Positions 38,401 to 52,400 of a DNA stretch of 64,000 nt are shown here, one piece after another. The notes below the pieces were generated by a model. That model saw only the letters and a list, made by a program, of their open reading frames with translations. It ran no database searches and had not been told where the DNA came from. The translations under genes were made by a program, and so were the position numbers. The stretch's first letter is position 1. Each line of letters starts with the position of its first letter. Source of the DNA: Balanoglossus misakiensis (lineage: Eukaryota; Animalia; Hemichordata); contig CM082580.2 in NCBI GenBank assembly GCA_040954595.2, forward strand, positions 12,820,142 through 12,884,141, written 5' to 3'.

Positions 38401-40670
38401 AATTACTGATTCTTCGGAAAATTGATAGTTACAACGGATGTCAACGTGAAAGAACGGAGTCCTGTGTCAGGCACATGTGGTTCCGTGATAGTATTTCTAT
38501 GTCACAATACAGCAATCGGCATTTATAGAGAGGAGGGGGAGAGAGAGAGCTTCCCTTTTGAATTAAATCCTTAGTCACACTCTGAACTCGACAAAGGCCG
38601 AAGATGAAGTCATTCGCCAGGCGCCTGACGTCGGATGAGCATTTTCAGTTACCTTGGCAACGAATAACAGTGTCCATCAAGTGTGCAAGAGATGTAGGCT
38701 TGTGACAGAAAGACGGTGTGACAACGTTGTATATATCAGGTCCTGTTTGTCTGTTTATTAATTCAACGCCTCCATCATTCCGTATCAATAACATGTCAAT
38801 TACAGCCCAGCCACAGAACACCCTTCAATAATTGATTCGTTTTCACTCCCGAGGGAAGAACATGCATTTCTCTTATTTATGTTTAATAACTTGCCGAGGA
38901 ATCGAGGATCGATTTCGACCAAGTCGCCCTCTTTGCGAGTGGGCAGGTTTTATGTCACCACTAAGAGACAGTACAACTAACAATGAGTTATGTTCTCATT
39001 TACATACGGACAAATCGGAGTCAAGATTAACATCAGTCAAGTTCACTCGCTCCCTTCGCGAGCATATCCCCAAGCCACATTTTTCATTTTGTAAACTATG
39101 AAGCAGTTCTTAAATGTAGCCGCCATCGATGAAATGATACCCGTGAAGTTAAACGTCTTCAAGTCTTCTCGGAATTTCACCCTTTGCAACATCAATCGCC
39201 AAGATTTCGTGTGCAGTGTCTTCAGGAGAATAATGCATGAAAGAGTGCCAGGTTAATGCGTGTATACCCGCATCTCCAAATGCTCGCCCGCGTCGCCATG
39301 GTTACCCCACTCTTGAACGTGGATTTACTGGAACGACAGTGGAATTCAATCAGCTAACCCATTTCTAAGAGACGGTGACATTCAGTCCCCCTGTCTCTCT
39401 CACGGCAACAACGTCGCCATCTTTTAACGTTGTTATTCCCAACAACAACAGTTTCACAGGGAACTTTTTTGTACAGTTTAATTTTCGTGGAGTTAGGAGA
39501 CAACTGTAATATAAAAGCCCCCTCTTTTAGGACTTCCCTACGAGCAGTGGAATTACCAAATTCGTGGAATTCAAAATTCGATCTGTCCAGCACGGTTCCT
39601 AGTTTCCTCTGAGAATTAACGACGACGATTTATCAAACGAGGCCATATTCTGGCAAATAACTATTTGTAACTCCATAATGATCGATACGTTACCGACCGC
39701 AAGGGAATTTGTGTTCAAAAATATAAAGGTCAGCGGCGCATGAAATGCAGACGTTTTACTGGATGAAGGAATTGGTAAAGAATAATGTATATGTATTTCT
39801 TCGGCATCCTTGGCAATATTTTAATTTGACTGAATTATTTTGCACGATGTAGTCATCCAGAACAATCATAATAAAATGGGACATTTCCACTAATAATGTT
39901 TGGGGCATGTTATTTCATCAAGTAATTGGTTTTGTGTTTTCCGTCACGTGGTCAGTGTATGTTATACAGAAAGATGGAGCATTACACACGGATGATTTAA
40001 TGCAGATACATACCATTAACCCTGCAAACATATGTATGGATTAATTTCATTGCCTCAAGGCGACAAAAGTCAAAGTCGTAAAACCCATATTTGGTTATTT
40101 TATTTCTTGAAGCCATCTGAGACGAATGAGTGATCACGTGCTCAACTACATAGAATCGCATTTTTATTATATTTGTATGATGTTCTAGATACTTGATGAC
40201 CAATGCTAATCCTATACTAATGTGGCCGACAATGATTGGATTATGGGTAGCCATGGTGATGATATTTGGATGCGTTTATTTCACAAGGAAATAACAAATA
40301 TACATGAAGTGATCATTAAAGCTACACAAGACTTAGAATTACTCTCTCTCACGCCATCTGTTACTAAAATGCATTTGCCAAACACTGGAACTCTTTGCTA
40401 TAATCGATAGATTGAAGGCGAGTTACCAAAGCAGATCTACACTCTCGCTCATGAAAATTTTAAAAAGATACAATTTCACATAAAAACACTCCTGTAACAG
40501 TCAAATGGCTGCTAAGGCGGTAAGCGTACACAAAACTGCTCACCACATTTAATACCAGCCTCTCAGAGCCATCTTCAATTTCATCTTCAAGATTTACAAA
40601 GAAATAATCATTCCGGGCTATAGTTCTCTCTTTCTTCAGGGATACTGATGGATATATGCTGAAGTAAGCG

Positions 40671-43285
40671 ATGGCTGATGAAAACGGAACCGCGCACCGG
40701 TCTGTCTCGCAGGCCGACTTACAGCGATACCCGGCCACTAGTTACGTGATGGGTAACATCGAACCGTTGACTTACTGGCTGCAGAACAAGCCGTTCATAA
40801 TGAGATTCTTCAGCGGCTTCATGCGAGCATTTGGACAGCCGATATTCTTGAACAATCCCGTCAGTGGACTCGTCATTCTGATCGCACTCTTCGTGCAGAA
40901 CCAGTGGCAGGCAATAAACGGTATCCTGGGGCTGTTAACCGCTCTCCTCACGGCCTTGCTCCTGCGCCTCGAAAGAGCGGGCATCGAGGACGGCAGCATC
41001 GGCTTCAACGGACTGCTCGTCGGGCTCCACATCCCGTTGTTCTCCGAGAGCGGCGACTGGTACGGGTATCTGATCTTCGCCGTCATCATTTATGCAGCAC
41101 TGAGGTAAGAATCGCCCCTAGAGAAGTTAGATGTAACAGTCGCACTAAAAGCGTTTTCTTCCACAGGAAACGTAATCTGCCAATCATCCATCAATACTTG
41201 TCAATCCCGAGGCGTTCAGTCGTACATTCTAAGATGGCAAAGTAGGCTAGGATACAATTGGAAAAGTCGATACTATTTCAATCGTGATGTTTGTTTGTTT
41301 GGGGATTCGGTCGTGCCAGTCTGTTTGGTCTGATCTGATCTTATGTGAGAGTAACGTGACGTGACGTTGTGACGTGAGGATTTCAGAGATTTGGACTTCG
41401 TTTTCAGATTATACGTGTTGTCTGCCATCATTTCCGTTCCGTGAATGGTTCGCTTAATAAAGTTATGGGGACTAGGAAATACCAAGACCTATTTGTTCGT
41501 AATTGACATGTTCTTCATTTACGAAGACTTTCACGGGGGTTTCCTGGTGAGAAAATTGGTTCATCGGGGTCTGGCAGTTGTAATGAAGATTAAAAGCGTG
41601 GAATTGTTACTCGTTAGCCATGGAAATTCAATCCCCGGGAATAATCGCGCAGGAAAGGATCTGGATCACGCGCTCGTAATGATGTATTTGTGTGCTTGGA
41701 GTACGAAAGACTTCTTATTTCCCCTTGTTGACTCTCCTATCAGATCCACGAATTACGATATGACGATGAAAAACGAGATTTCAATACCTTTCAATACCTA
41801 TACATGCAGCCGCTTTACCTTTAAGACTTCAGGATTCAAATGCAACCTATTATTGCTTCGGTGCATGGTTTAGCGCCCCAAGGGTGCCGCCTGATTACGG
41901 TTCGCGACGCACTTACATTATCTTTCGGCTTTATTCGGCAACCTTCGCCGAGACAAGTCGATTTATCAAGCCGTCCCGGGAGTAGTAGTGTGATGTTTGT
42001 CGGCTTAATGAATTCTTGCCAAATGGACAATGCAAAGGCGAGAAATTATTTGATATCAGCAAAACTAGTCTGGAACAGGAGATTACAGAAACTGAGTTCT
42101 GTCAGTAAAGATAACAGCGTAGTTTTATATCTCGCTGGGTTCGTATAACATGGAAATTGCAGAATAAGAAGTGCTTTTGGGGAAAAATAAATTGAATGCA
42201 ACAGTGTGTATAATAAATTATCAGAAATAGACAGTGATGATAAGCGACACGGGAATATCGCAGCCTTGTCTTTTAACATAGTGCCTCTGCTGCACAAATC
42301 TCTACGACTAGTAAAGATTCCTAGTATCTGTAAACCTTTGCGCTTTCTTTCGACATTTTTGTTGTGTTTGTATAAACACCCGTTTCTTGTTCGAATCCAT
42401 GAACCATGATAAAATACCTAGTGGGATATAGCTTATCAACGAGCCTATACGACAATGGCTGCACATGCAGAGCAAACATTGGGAATTTAATGGATAGACC
42501 AGATCGTCAAACAGGACACGAATAGACATCTGACAGTCAACATGGCTTGTAAGTTGTAAGCATACGAACAACGTCAATAGAATCTTGTCATGTATGTGCC
42601 CGTTTTCTTTCTTTTTTTCTTTCAGCACCTTGCTCGCTACTGGCCTGGGTAATCTATTTGGCCAATGGACGCTACCGGTATTTAATCTGCCCTTCAACAT
42701 AACCTTGCTCTTGTTCCTGGCGGGAACGGGTCCAAATAACGCCCACTTCCCGTCGAGAATTGTCGTGCCGCCAGCAGAACTGGAAATGTGGGGTGTTCGG
42801 TCTCTCGATTGGGTCGAGGTAAGCGTTCAATTATTAAGTGTTTTACTGATTCTGCAAAGCCCTATTAAATAATTCAGAGTTCACACAATATCCCACGTTT
42901 TTCATTTTTTCCTGGCTGACAGTTTAATTAAACGAGAAACAAAGTTTTAAAAAGTGCCATGTCAAGCAATTGTTTTGTGCCAAATAAGGCATCCAGTGAT
43001 CCCAAATTAAATGCAAAATGTGCAAAAATTGTGAAATAATTGGACGTCATGGAATTCTGCTTTGGAAACTAATCATGTTTTAAAGAGTGTGCGTCATATA
43101 AGTATAACAGGTCTTAATTTTCTTTTCCATTTGATAGGTGTTGAAAGGTATTCCCCGGGGTATTGGTCAGTGTTATGGTTGTGACAATTTGATATCTGGC
43201 AGTCTTATATCGCTGTCTATGCTGATCTGTTCGCCTGTCTTATTCGGACACGGCCTTCTGGGATCTTTGATCGGTATATTTATCG
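40671..43285 (+). CDS. Urea transporter (SLC14A/UT family), 5' part only; exons 40671-41104, 42626-42818, 43138-43285; remaining exons not in the window
   Basis: FGQPIFLNNPVSGLVILIAL, GSIGFNGLLVG, LPVFNLPFNITLLLFL, GIPRGIGQCYGCDNLISG match the two UT signature half-repeats. In-frame TAA just upstream of ATG 40671. Donor G|GTTAGT at 43285. Confidence 0.92.
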
Positions 43286-43429
43286 GTTAGTATCACCAAA
43301 TTAGACCGGGCGAATTCCAAACGATGGTCAAATATTTTGGTGACTCTACAACATTCCAAGTTATTGAAACGGACGGCAGTTATACCTACCCGATACTGTC
43401 ATTCTAAGAAGCAAAACCCAACACGTATG

Positions 43430-46400
43430 CTCGAAAAAGACAAATTCTCGACTTTGAAAAATTTGGCGATTTCGTCATTTTTGGACGTTTTTTTATGGGT
43501 TATAGCTCATTAAAAGTGTCGAATATGACAAATTCTCGACTTTGAAAAAGTTGGCGATTTCGTCATTTTTGGACGTTTTTCATGGGTTATAGCTCATGAA
43601 ATCATCAAAAAATGAAAATTTTTCGACTTTGCGAAATCTCAAAATTTCGTCGATTTTTGAAAAAAACCATGGGTTATAGCTCATGAAATCATCAAAAAAT
43701 GAAAATTTTTCGACTTTGCGGAATCTCAAAATTTCGTCGATTTTTGAAAAAAACCATGGGTTATCTCATGAAATCATCAAAAAATGAAAATTTTCGACTT
43801 TGCGGAATCTCAAAATTTCGTCGATTTTTGAAAAAAAAACAACGGGTTATATAGCTCAAGAAATCATCAAAAAATGAAAATTTTTCGACTTTGCGGAATC
43901 TCAAAATTTCGTCGATTTTTGAAAAAAACATGGGTTATAGCTCAGGAAATCATCAAAAAATGACAATTTTTCGACTTTGCGGAAAATCAAAATTTCGTCG
44001 ATTTTTGAAAAAAACCATGGGTTATAGCTCATGAAATCATCAAAAAATGAAAATTTTTCGACTTTGCGGAATCTCAAAATTTCGTCGATTTTTGAAAAAA
44101 AACATGGGTTATAGCTCAGGAAATCATCAAAAAATGACAATTTTTCGACTTTGCGGAAAATCAAAATTTGGCCGATTTTTGAAAAAAACCATGGGTTATA
44201 GCTCAGGAAATCATCAAAAAATGACAATTTTTCGACTTTGCGGAAAATCAAAATTTGGCCGATTTTTGAAAAAAACCATGGGTTATAGCTCAGGAAATCA
44301 TCAAAAAATGACAATTTTTCGACTTTGCGGAAAATCAAAATTTGGCCGATTTTTGAAAAAAACCATGGGTTATAGCTCAGGAAATCATCAAAAAATGACA
44401 ATTTTTCGACTTTGCGGAAAATCAAAATTTGGCCGATTTTTGAAAAAAACCATGGGTTATAGCTCAGGAAATCATCAAAAAAATGACAATTTTTCGACTT
44501 TGCGGAAAATCAAAATTTGGCCGATTTTTGAAAAAAACCATGGGTTATAGCTCAGGAAATCATCAAAAAATGACAATTTTTCGACTTTGCGGAAAATCAA
44601 AATTTGGCCGATTTTTGAAAAAACCATGGGTTATAGCTCAGGAAATCATCAAAAAATGACAATCTTTCGACTTTGCGGAAAATCAAAATTTGGCCGATTT
44701 TTGAAAAAAACCATGGGTTATAGCTCAGGAAATCATCAAAAAATGACAATTTTTCGACTTTGCGGAAAATCAAAATTTGGGCCGATTTTTGAAAAAAACC
44801 ATGGGTTATAGCTCAGGAAATCATCAAAAAATGACAATTTTTCGACTTTGCGGAAAATCAAAATTTGGCCGATTTTTGAAAAAAAACCATGGGTTATAGC
44901 TCAGGAAATCATCAAAAAATGACAATTTTTCGACTTTGCGGAAAATCAAAATTTGGCCGATTTTTGAAGAAAACCATGGGTTATAGCTCAGGAAATCATC
45001 AAAAAATGACAATTTTTCGACTTTGCGGAAAATCAAAATTTGGCCGATTTTTGAAAAAAACCATGGGTTATAGCTCAGGAAATCATCAAAAAATGACAAT
45101 TTTTTGACTTTGCGGAAAATCAAAATTTGGCCGATTTTGAAAAAAACCATGGGTTATAGCTCATGAAATCATCAAAAATGACAATTTTTCGACTTTGCGG
45201 AAAATCAAAATTTGGCCGATTTTTGAAAAAAACCATGGGTTATAGCTCAGGAAATCATCAAAAAATGACAATTTTTCGACTTGCGGAAAATCAAAATTTG
45301 GCCGATTTTTGAAACAAACCATGGGTTATAGCTCAGGAAATCATCAAAAAATGACAATTTTTCGACTTTGCGGAAAATCAAAATTTGGCCGATTTTTGAA
45401 AAAAACCATGGGTTATAGCTCAGGAAATCATCAAAAAATGACAATTTTTCGACTTTGCGGAAAATCAAAATTTGGCCGATTTTTGAAAAAAACCATGGGT
45501 TATAGCTCAGGAAATCATCAAAAAATGACAATTTTTCGACTTTGCGGAAAATCAAAATTTGGCCGATTTTTGAAAAAAACCATGGGTTATAGCTCAGGAA
45601 ATCATCAAAAAATGACAATTTTTCGACTTTGCGGAAAATCAAAATTTGGCCGATTTTTGAAAAAAACCATGGGTTATAGCTCAGGAAATCATCAAAAAAT
45701 GACAATTTTTCGACTTTGCGGAAAATCAAAATTTGGCCGATTTTTGAAAAAAACCATGGGTTATAGCTCAGGAAATCATCAAAAAATGACAATTTTTCGA
45801 CTTTGCGGAAAATCAAAATTTGGCCGATTTTTGAAAAAAACCATGGGTTATAGCTCAGGAAATCATCAAAAAATGACAATTTTTCGACTTTGCGGAAAAT
45901 CAAAATTTGGCCGATTTTTGAAAAAAACCATGGGTTATAGCTCAGGAAATCATCAAAAAATGACAATTTTTCGACTTTGCGGAAAATCAAAATTTGGCCG
46001 ATTTTTGAAAAAAACCATGGGTTATAGCTCAGGAAATCATCAAAAAATGACAATTTTTCGACTTTGCGGAAAATCAAAATTTGGCCGATTTTTGAAAAAA
46101 ACCATGGGTTATAGCTCAGGAAATCATCAAAAAATGACAATTTTTCGACTTTGCGGAAAATCAAAATTTGGCCGATTTTTGAAAAAAACCATGGGTTATA
46201 GCTCAGGAAATCATCAAAAAATGACAATTTTTCGACTTTGCGGAAAATCAAAATTTGGCCGATTTTTGAAAAAAACCATGGGTTATAGCTCAGGAAATCA
46301 TCAAAAAATGACAATTTTTCGACTTTGCGGAAAATCAAAATTTGGCCGATTTTTGAAAAAAAACCATGGGTTATAGCTCAGGAAATCATCAAAAAATGAC

Positions 46401-49400
46401 AATTTTTCGACTTTGCGGAAAATCAAAATTTGGCCGATTTTTGAAAAAAACCATGGGTTATAGCTCAGGAAATCATCAAAAAATGACAATTTTTCGACTT
46501 TGCGGAAAATCAAAATTTGGCCGATTTTTGAAAAAACCATGGGTTATAGCTCAGGAAATCATCAAAAAATGACAATTTTTCGACTTTGCGGAAAATCAAA
46601 ATTGGCCGATTTTTGAAAAAAACCATGGGTTATAGCTCAGGAAATCATCAAAAAATGACAATTTTTCGGGAAAATCAAATTTGGCGATTTTGAAAAAACA
46701 CATGGGTTATAGGACTCAGGAAATCATCAAAAAGAGAGATACACATCTTTCCGACTTTGCGGAAAATCAAAATTTGGCCGATTTTTGAAAAAAACCATGG
46801 GTTATAGCTCAGGAAATCATCAAAAAATGACAATTTTCGACTTTGCGGAAAATCAAAATTTGGCCGATTTTTGAAAAAAACCATGGGTTATAGCTCAGGA
46901 AATCATCAAAAAATGACAATTTTTCGACTTTGCGGAAAATCAAAATTTGGCCGATTTTTGAAAAAAAACCATGGGTTATAGCTCAGGAAATCATCAAAAA
47001 ATGACAATTTTTCGACTTTGCGGAAAATCAAAATTTGGCCGATTTTTGAAAAAAACCATGGGTTATAGCTCAGGAAATCATCAAAAAATGACAATTTTTC
47101 GACTTTGCGGAAAATCAAAATTTGGCCGATTTTTGAAAAAAACCATGGGTTATAGCTCAGGAAATCATCAAAAAATGACAATTTTTCGACTTTGCGGAAA
47201 ATCAAAATTTGGCCGATTTTGAAAAAAACCATGGGTTATAGCTCAGGAAATCATCAAAAAATGACAATTTTTCGACTTTGCGGAAAATCAAAATTTGGCC
47301 GATTTTTGAAAAAAAACCATGGGTTATAGCTCAGGAAATCATCAAAAAATGACAATTTTTCGACTTTGCGGAAAATCAAAATTTGGCCGATTTTTGAAAA
47401 AAACCATGGGTTATAGCTCAGGAAATCATCAAAAAATGACAATTTTTCGACTTTGCGGAAAATCAAAATTTGGCCGATTTTTGAAAAAAACCATGGGTTA
47501 TAGCTCAGGAAATCATCAAAAAATGACAATTTTTCGACTTTGCGGAAAATCAAAATTTGGCCGATTTTTGAAAAAAACCATGGGTTATAGCTCAGGAAAT
47601 CATCAAAAAATGACAATTTTTCGACTTTGCGGAAAATCAAAATTTGGCCGATTTTTGAAAAAAACCATGGGTTATAGCTCAGGAAATCATCAAAAAATGA
47701 CAATTTTTCGACTTTGCGGAAAATCAAAATTTGGCCGATTTTTGAAAAAAACCATGGGTTATAGCTCAGGAAATCATCAAAAAATGACAATTTTTCGACT
47801 TTGCGGAAAATCAAAATTTGGCCGATTTTTGAAAAAAACCATGGGTTATAGCTCAGGAAATCATCAAAAAATGACAATTTTTCGACTTTGCGGAAAATCA
47901 AAATTTGGCCGATTTTTGAAAAAAACCATGGGTTATAGCTCAGGAAATCATCAAAAAATGACAATTTTTCGACTTTGCGGAAAATCAAAATTTGGCCGAT
48001 TTTTGAAAAAAACCATGGGTTATAGCTCAGGAAATCATCAAAAAATGACAATTTTTCGACTTTGCGGAAAATCAAAATTTGGCCGATTTTTGAAAAAAAC
48101 CATGGGTTATAGCTCAGGAAATCATCAAAAAATGACAATTTTTCGACTTTGCGGAAAAATCAAAATTTGGCCGATTTTTGAAAAAAACCATGGGTTATAG
48201 CTCAGAAATCATCAAAAAATGACAATTTTTCGACTTTGCGGAAATTCAAAATTTGGCCGATTTTTGAAAAAATCATGGGTTATAGCTCAGGAAAATCATC
48301 AAAAAATGACAATTTTTCGACTTTGCGGAAATTTCAAAATTTGGCCGATTTTTGAAAAAAACCATGGGTTATAGCTCAGGAAAATCATCAAAAAATGACA
48401 ATTTTTCGACTTTGCGGAAAATCAAAATTTGGCCGATTTTTGAAAAAAACCATGGGTTATAGCTCAGGAAATCATCAAAAAATGACAATTTTTCGACTTT
48501 GCGGAAAATCAAAATTTGGCCGATTTTTGAAAAAAACCATGGGTTATAGCTCAGGAAATCATCAAAAAATGACAATTTTTCGACTTTGCGGAAAATCAAA
48601 ATTTGGCCGATTTTTGAAAAAACCATGGGTTATAGCTCAGGAAATCATCAAAAAATGACAATTTTTCGACTTTGCGGAAAATCAAAATTTGGCCGATTTT
48701 TGAAAAAACATGGGTTATAGCTCAGAAATCATCAAAAAATGACAATTTTTCGACTTTGCGGAAAATCAAAATTTGGCCGATTTTGAAAAAATCATGGGTT
48801 ATAGCTCATGAAAATCATCAAAAAATGACAATTTTTCGACTTTGCGAAAAATCAAAATTTGGCCGATTTTTGAAAAAAACCATGGGTTATAGCTCAGGAA
48901 ATCATCAAAAAATGACAATTTTTCGACTTTGCGGAAAATCAAAATTTGGCCGATTTTTGAAAAAAACCATGGGTTATAGCTCAGGAAATCATCAAAAAAT
49001 GACAATTTTCGACTTTGCGGAAAATCAAAATTTGGCCGATTTTTGAAAAAAACCATGGGTTATAGCTCAGGAAATCATCAAAAAATGACAATTTTTCGAC
49101 TTTGCGGAAAATCAAAATTTGGCCGATTTTTGAAAAAAACCATGGGTTATAGCTCAGGAAAATCATCAAAAAATGACAATTTTTCGACTTTGCGAAATTC
49201 AAAATTTGGCCGATTTTTGAAAAAAATCATGGGTTATAGCTCATGAAATCGTCAAAAAATGACAATTTTTCGACTTTGCGGAAATTTCAAAATTTGGCCA
49301 TTTTTGAAAAAATCATGGGTTATAGCTCATGAAAATCGTCAAAAAATGACAATTTTTCGACTTTGCGGAATTTCAAAATTTGGCCGATTTTTGAAAAAAT

Positions 49401-52400
49401 CATGGGTTATAGCTCATGAAAATCGTCAAAAAATGACAATTTTTCGACTTTGCGGAATTTCAAAATTTGGCCGAGCCCAAAATTCATGCTGGTTAGTTTC
49501 CTAGAATGGGTCAGGTACCGTTAAGCATGGATAATGACAAAACCGTATTTTTGAAAAAAACCATGGGTTATAGCTCAGGAAATCATCAAAAAATGACAAT
49601 TTTTCGACTTTGCGGAAAATCAAAATTTGGCCGATTTTTGAAAAAAACCATGGGTTATAGCTCAGGAAATCATCAAAAAATGACAATTTTTCGACTTTGC
49701 GGAAAATCAAAATTTGGCCGATTTTTGAAAAAAACCATGGGTTATAGCTCAGGAAATCATCAAAAAATGACAATTTTTCGACTTTGCGGAAAATCAAAAT
49801 TTGGCCGATTTTTGAAAAAAACCATGGGTTATAGCTCAGGAAATCATCAAAAAATGACAATTTTTCGACTTTGCGGAAAATCAAAATTTGGCCGATTTTT
49901 GAAAAAAACCATGGGTTATAGCTCAGGAAATCATCAAAAAATGACAATTTTTCGACTTTGCGGAAAATCAAAATTTGGCCGATTTTTGAAAAAAACCATG
50001 GGTTATAGCTCAGGAAATCATCAAAAAATGACAATTTTTCGACTTTGCGGAAAATCAAAATTTGGCCGATTTTTGAAAAAAACCATGGGTTATAGCTCAG
50101 GAAATCATCAAAAAATGACAATTTTTCGACTTTGCGGAAAATCAAAATTTGGCCGATTTTTGAAAAAAACCATGGGTTATAGCTCAGGAAATCATCAAAA
50201 AATGACAATTTTTCGACTTTGCGGAAAATCAAAATTTGGCCGATTTTTGAAAAAAACCATGGGTTATAGCTCAGGAAATCATCAAAAAATGACAATTTTT
50301 CGACTTTGCGGAAAATCAAAATTTGGCCGATTTTTGAAAAAAACCATGGGTTATAGCTCAGGAAATCATCAAAAAATGACAATTTTTCGACTTTGCGGAA
50401 AATCAAAATTTGGCCGATTTTTGAAAAAAACCATGGGTTATAGCTCAGGAAATCATCAAAAAATGACAATTTTTCGACTTTGCGGAAAATCAAAATTTGG
50501 CCGATTTTTGAAAAAAACCATGGGTTATAGCTCAGGAAATCATCAAAAAATGACAATTTTTCGACTTTGCGGAAAATCAAAATTTGGCCGATTTTTGAAA
50601 AAAACCATGGGTTATAGCTCAGGAAATCATCAAAAAATGACAATTTTTCGACTTTGCGGAAAATCAAAATTTGGCCGATTTTTGAAAAAAACCATGGGTT
50701 ATAGCTCAGGAAATCATCAAAAAATGACAATTTTTCGACTTTGCGGAAAATCAAAATTTGGCCGATTTTTGAAAAAAACCATGGGTTATAGCTCAGGAAA
50801 TCATCAAAAAATGACAATTTTTCGACTTTGCGGAAAATCAAAATTTGGCCGATTTTTGAAAAAAACCATGGGTTATAGCTCAGGAAATCATCAAAAAATG
50901 ACAATTTTTCGACTTTGCGGAAAATCAAAATTTGGCCGATTTTTGAAAAAAACCATGGGTTATAGCTCAGGAAATCATCAAAAAATGACAATTTTTCGAC
51001 TTTGCGGAAAATCAAAATTTGGCCGATTTTTGAAAAAAACCATGGGTTATAGCTCAGGAAATCATCAAAAAATGACAATTTTTCGACTTTGCGGAAAATC
51101 AAAATTTGGCCGATTTTTGAAAAAAACCATGGGTTATAGCTCAGGAAATCATCAAAAAATGACAATTTTTCGACTTTGCGGAAAATCAAAATTTGGCCGA
51201 TTTTTGAAAAAAACCATGGGTTATAGCTCAGGAAATCATCAAAAAATGACAATTTTTCGACTTTGCGGAAAATCAAAATTTGGCCGATTTTTGAAAAAAA
51301 CCATGGGTTATAGCTCAGGAAATCATCAAAAAATGACAATTTTTCGACTTTGCGGAAATTTCAAAATTTGGCCGATTTTTGAAAAAACCATGGGTTATAG
51401 CTCAGGAAATCATCAAAAAATGACAATTTTTCGACTTTGCGGAAAATCAAAATTTGGCCGATTTTTGAAAAAAACCATGGGTTATAGCTCAGGAAATCAT
51501 CAAAAAATGACAATTTTTCGACTTTGCGGAAAATCAAAATTTGGCCGATTTTTGAAAAAAACCATGGGTTATAGCTCAGGAAATCATCAAAAAATGACAA
51601 TTTTTCGACTTTGCGGAAAATCAAAATTTGGCCGATTTTTGAAAAAAACCATGGGTTATAGCTCAGGAAATCATCAAAAAATGACAATTTTTCGACTTTG
51701 CGGAAAATCAAAATTTGGCCGATTTTTGAAAAAAACCATGGGTTATAGCTCAGGAAATCATCAAAAAATGACAATTTTTCGACTTTGCGGAAAATCAAAA
51801 TTTGGCCGATTTTTGAAAAAAACCATGGGTTATAGCTCAGGAAATCATCAAAAAATGACAATTTTTCGACTTTGCGGAAAATCAAAATTTGGCCGATTTT
51901 TGAAAAAAACCATGGGTTATAGCTCAGGAAATCATCAAAAAATGACAATTTTTCGACTTTGCGGAAAATCAAAATTTGGCCGATTTTTGAAAAAAACCAT
52001 GGGTTATAGCTCAGGAAATCATCAAAAAATGACAATTTTTCGACTTTGCGGAAAATCAAAATTTGGCCGATTTTTGAAAAAAACCATGGGTTATAGCTCA
52101 GGAAATCATCAAAAAATGACAATTTTTCGACTTTGCGGAAAATCAAAATTTGGCCGATTTTTGAAAAAAACCATGGGTTATAGCTCAGGAAATCATCAAA
52201 AAATGACAATTTTTCGACTTTGCGGAAAATCAAAATTTGGCCGATTTTTGAAAAAAACCATGGGTTATAGCTCAGGAAATCATCAAAAAATGACAATTTT
52301 TCGACTTTGCGGAAAATCAAAATTTGGCCGATTTTTGAAAAAAACCATGGGTTATAGCTCAGGAAATCATCAAAAAATGACAATTTTTCGACTTTGCGGA

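Noticed and set aside
46660-46755. Scrambled monomer containing aaagagagatacacatc
   Set aside because: Most likely a local low-quality consensus in a long-read assembly; too short to call an insertion or adapter remnant.
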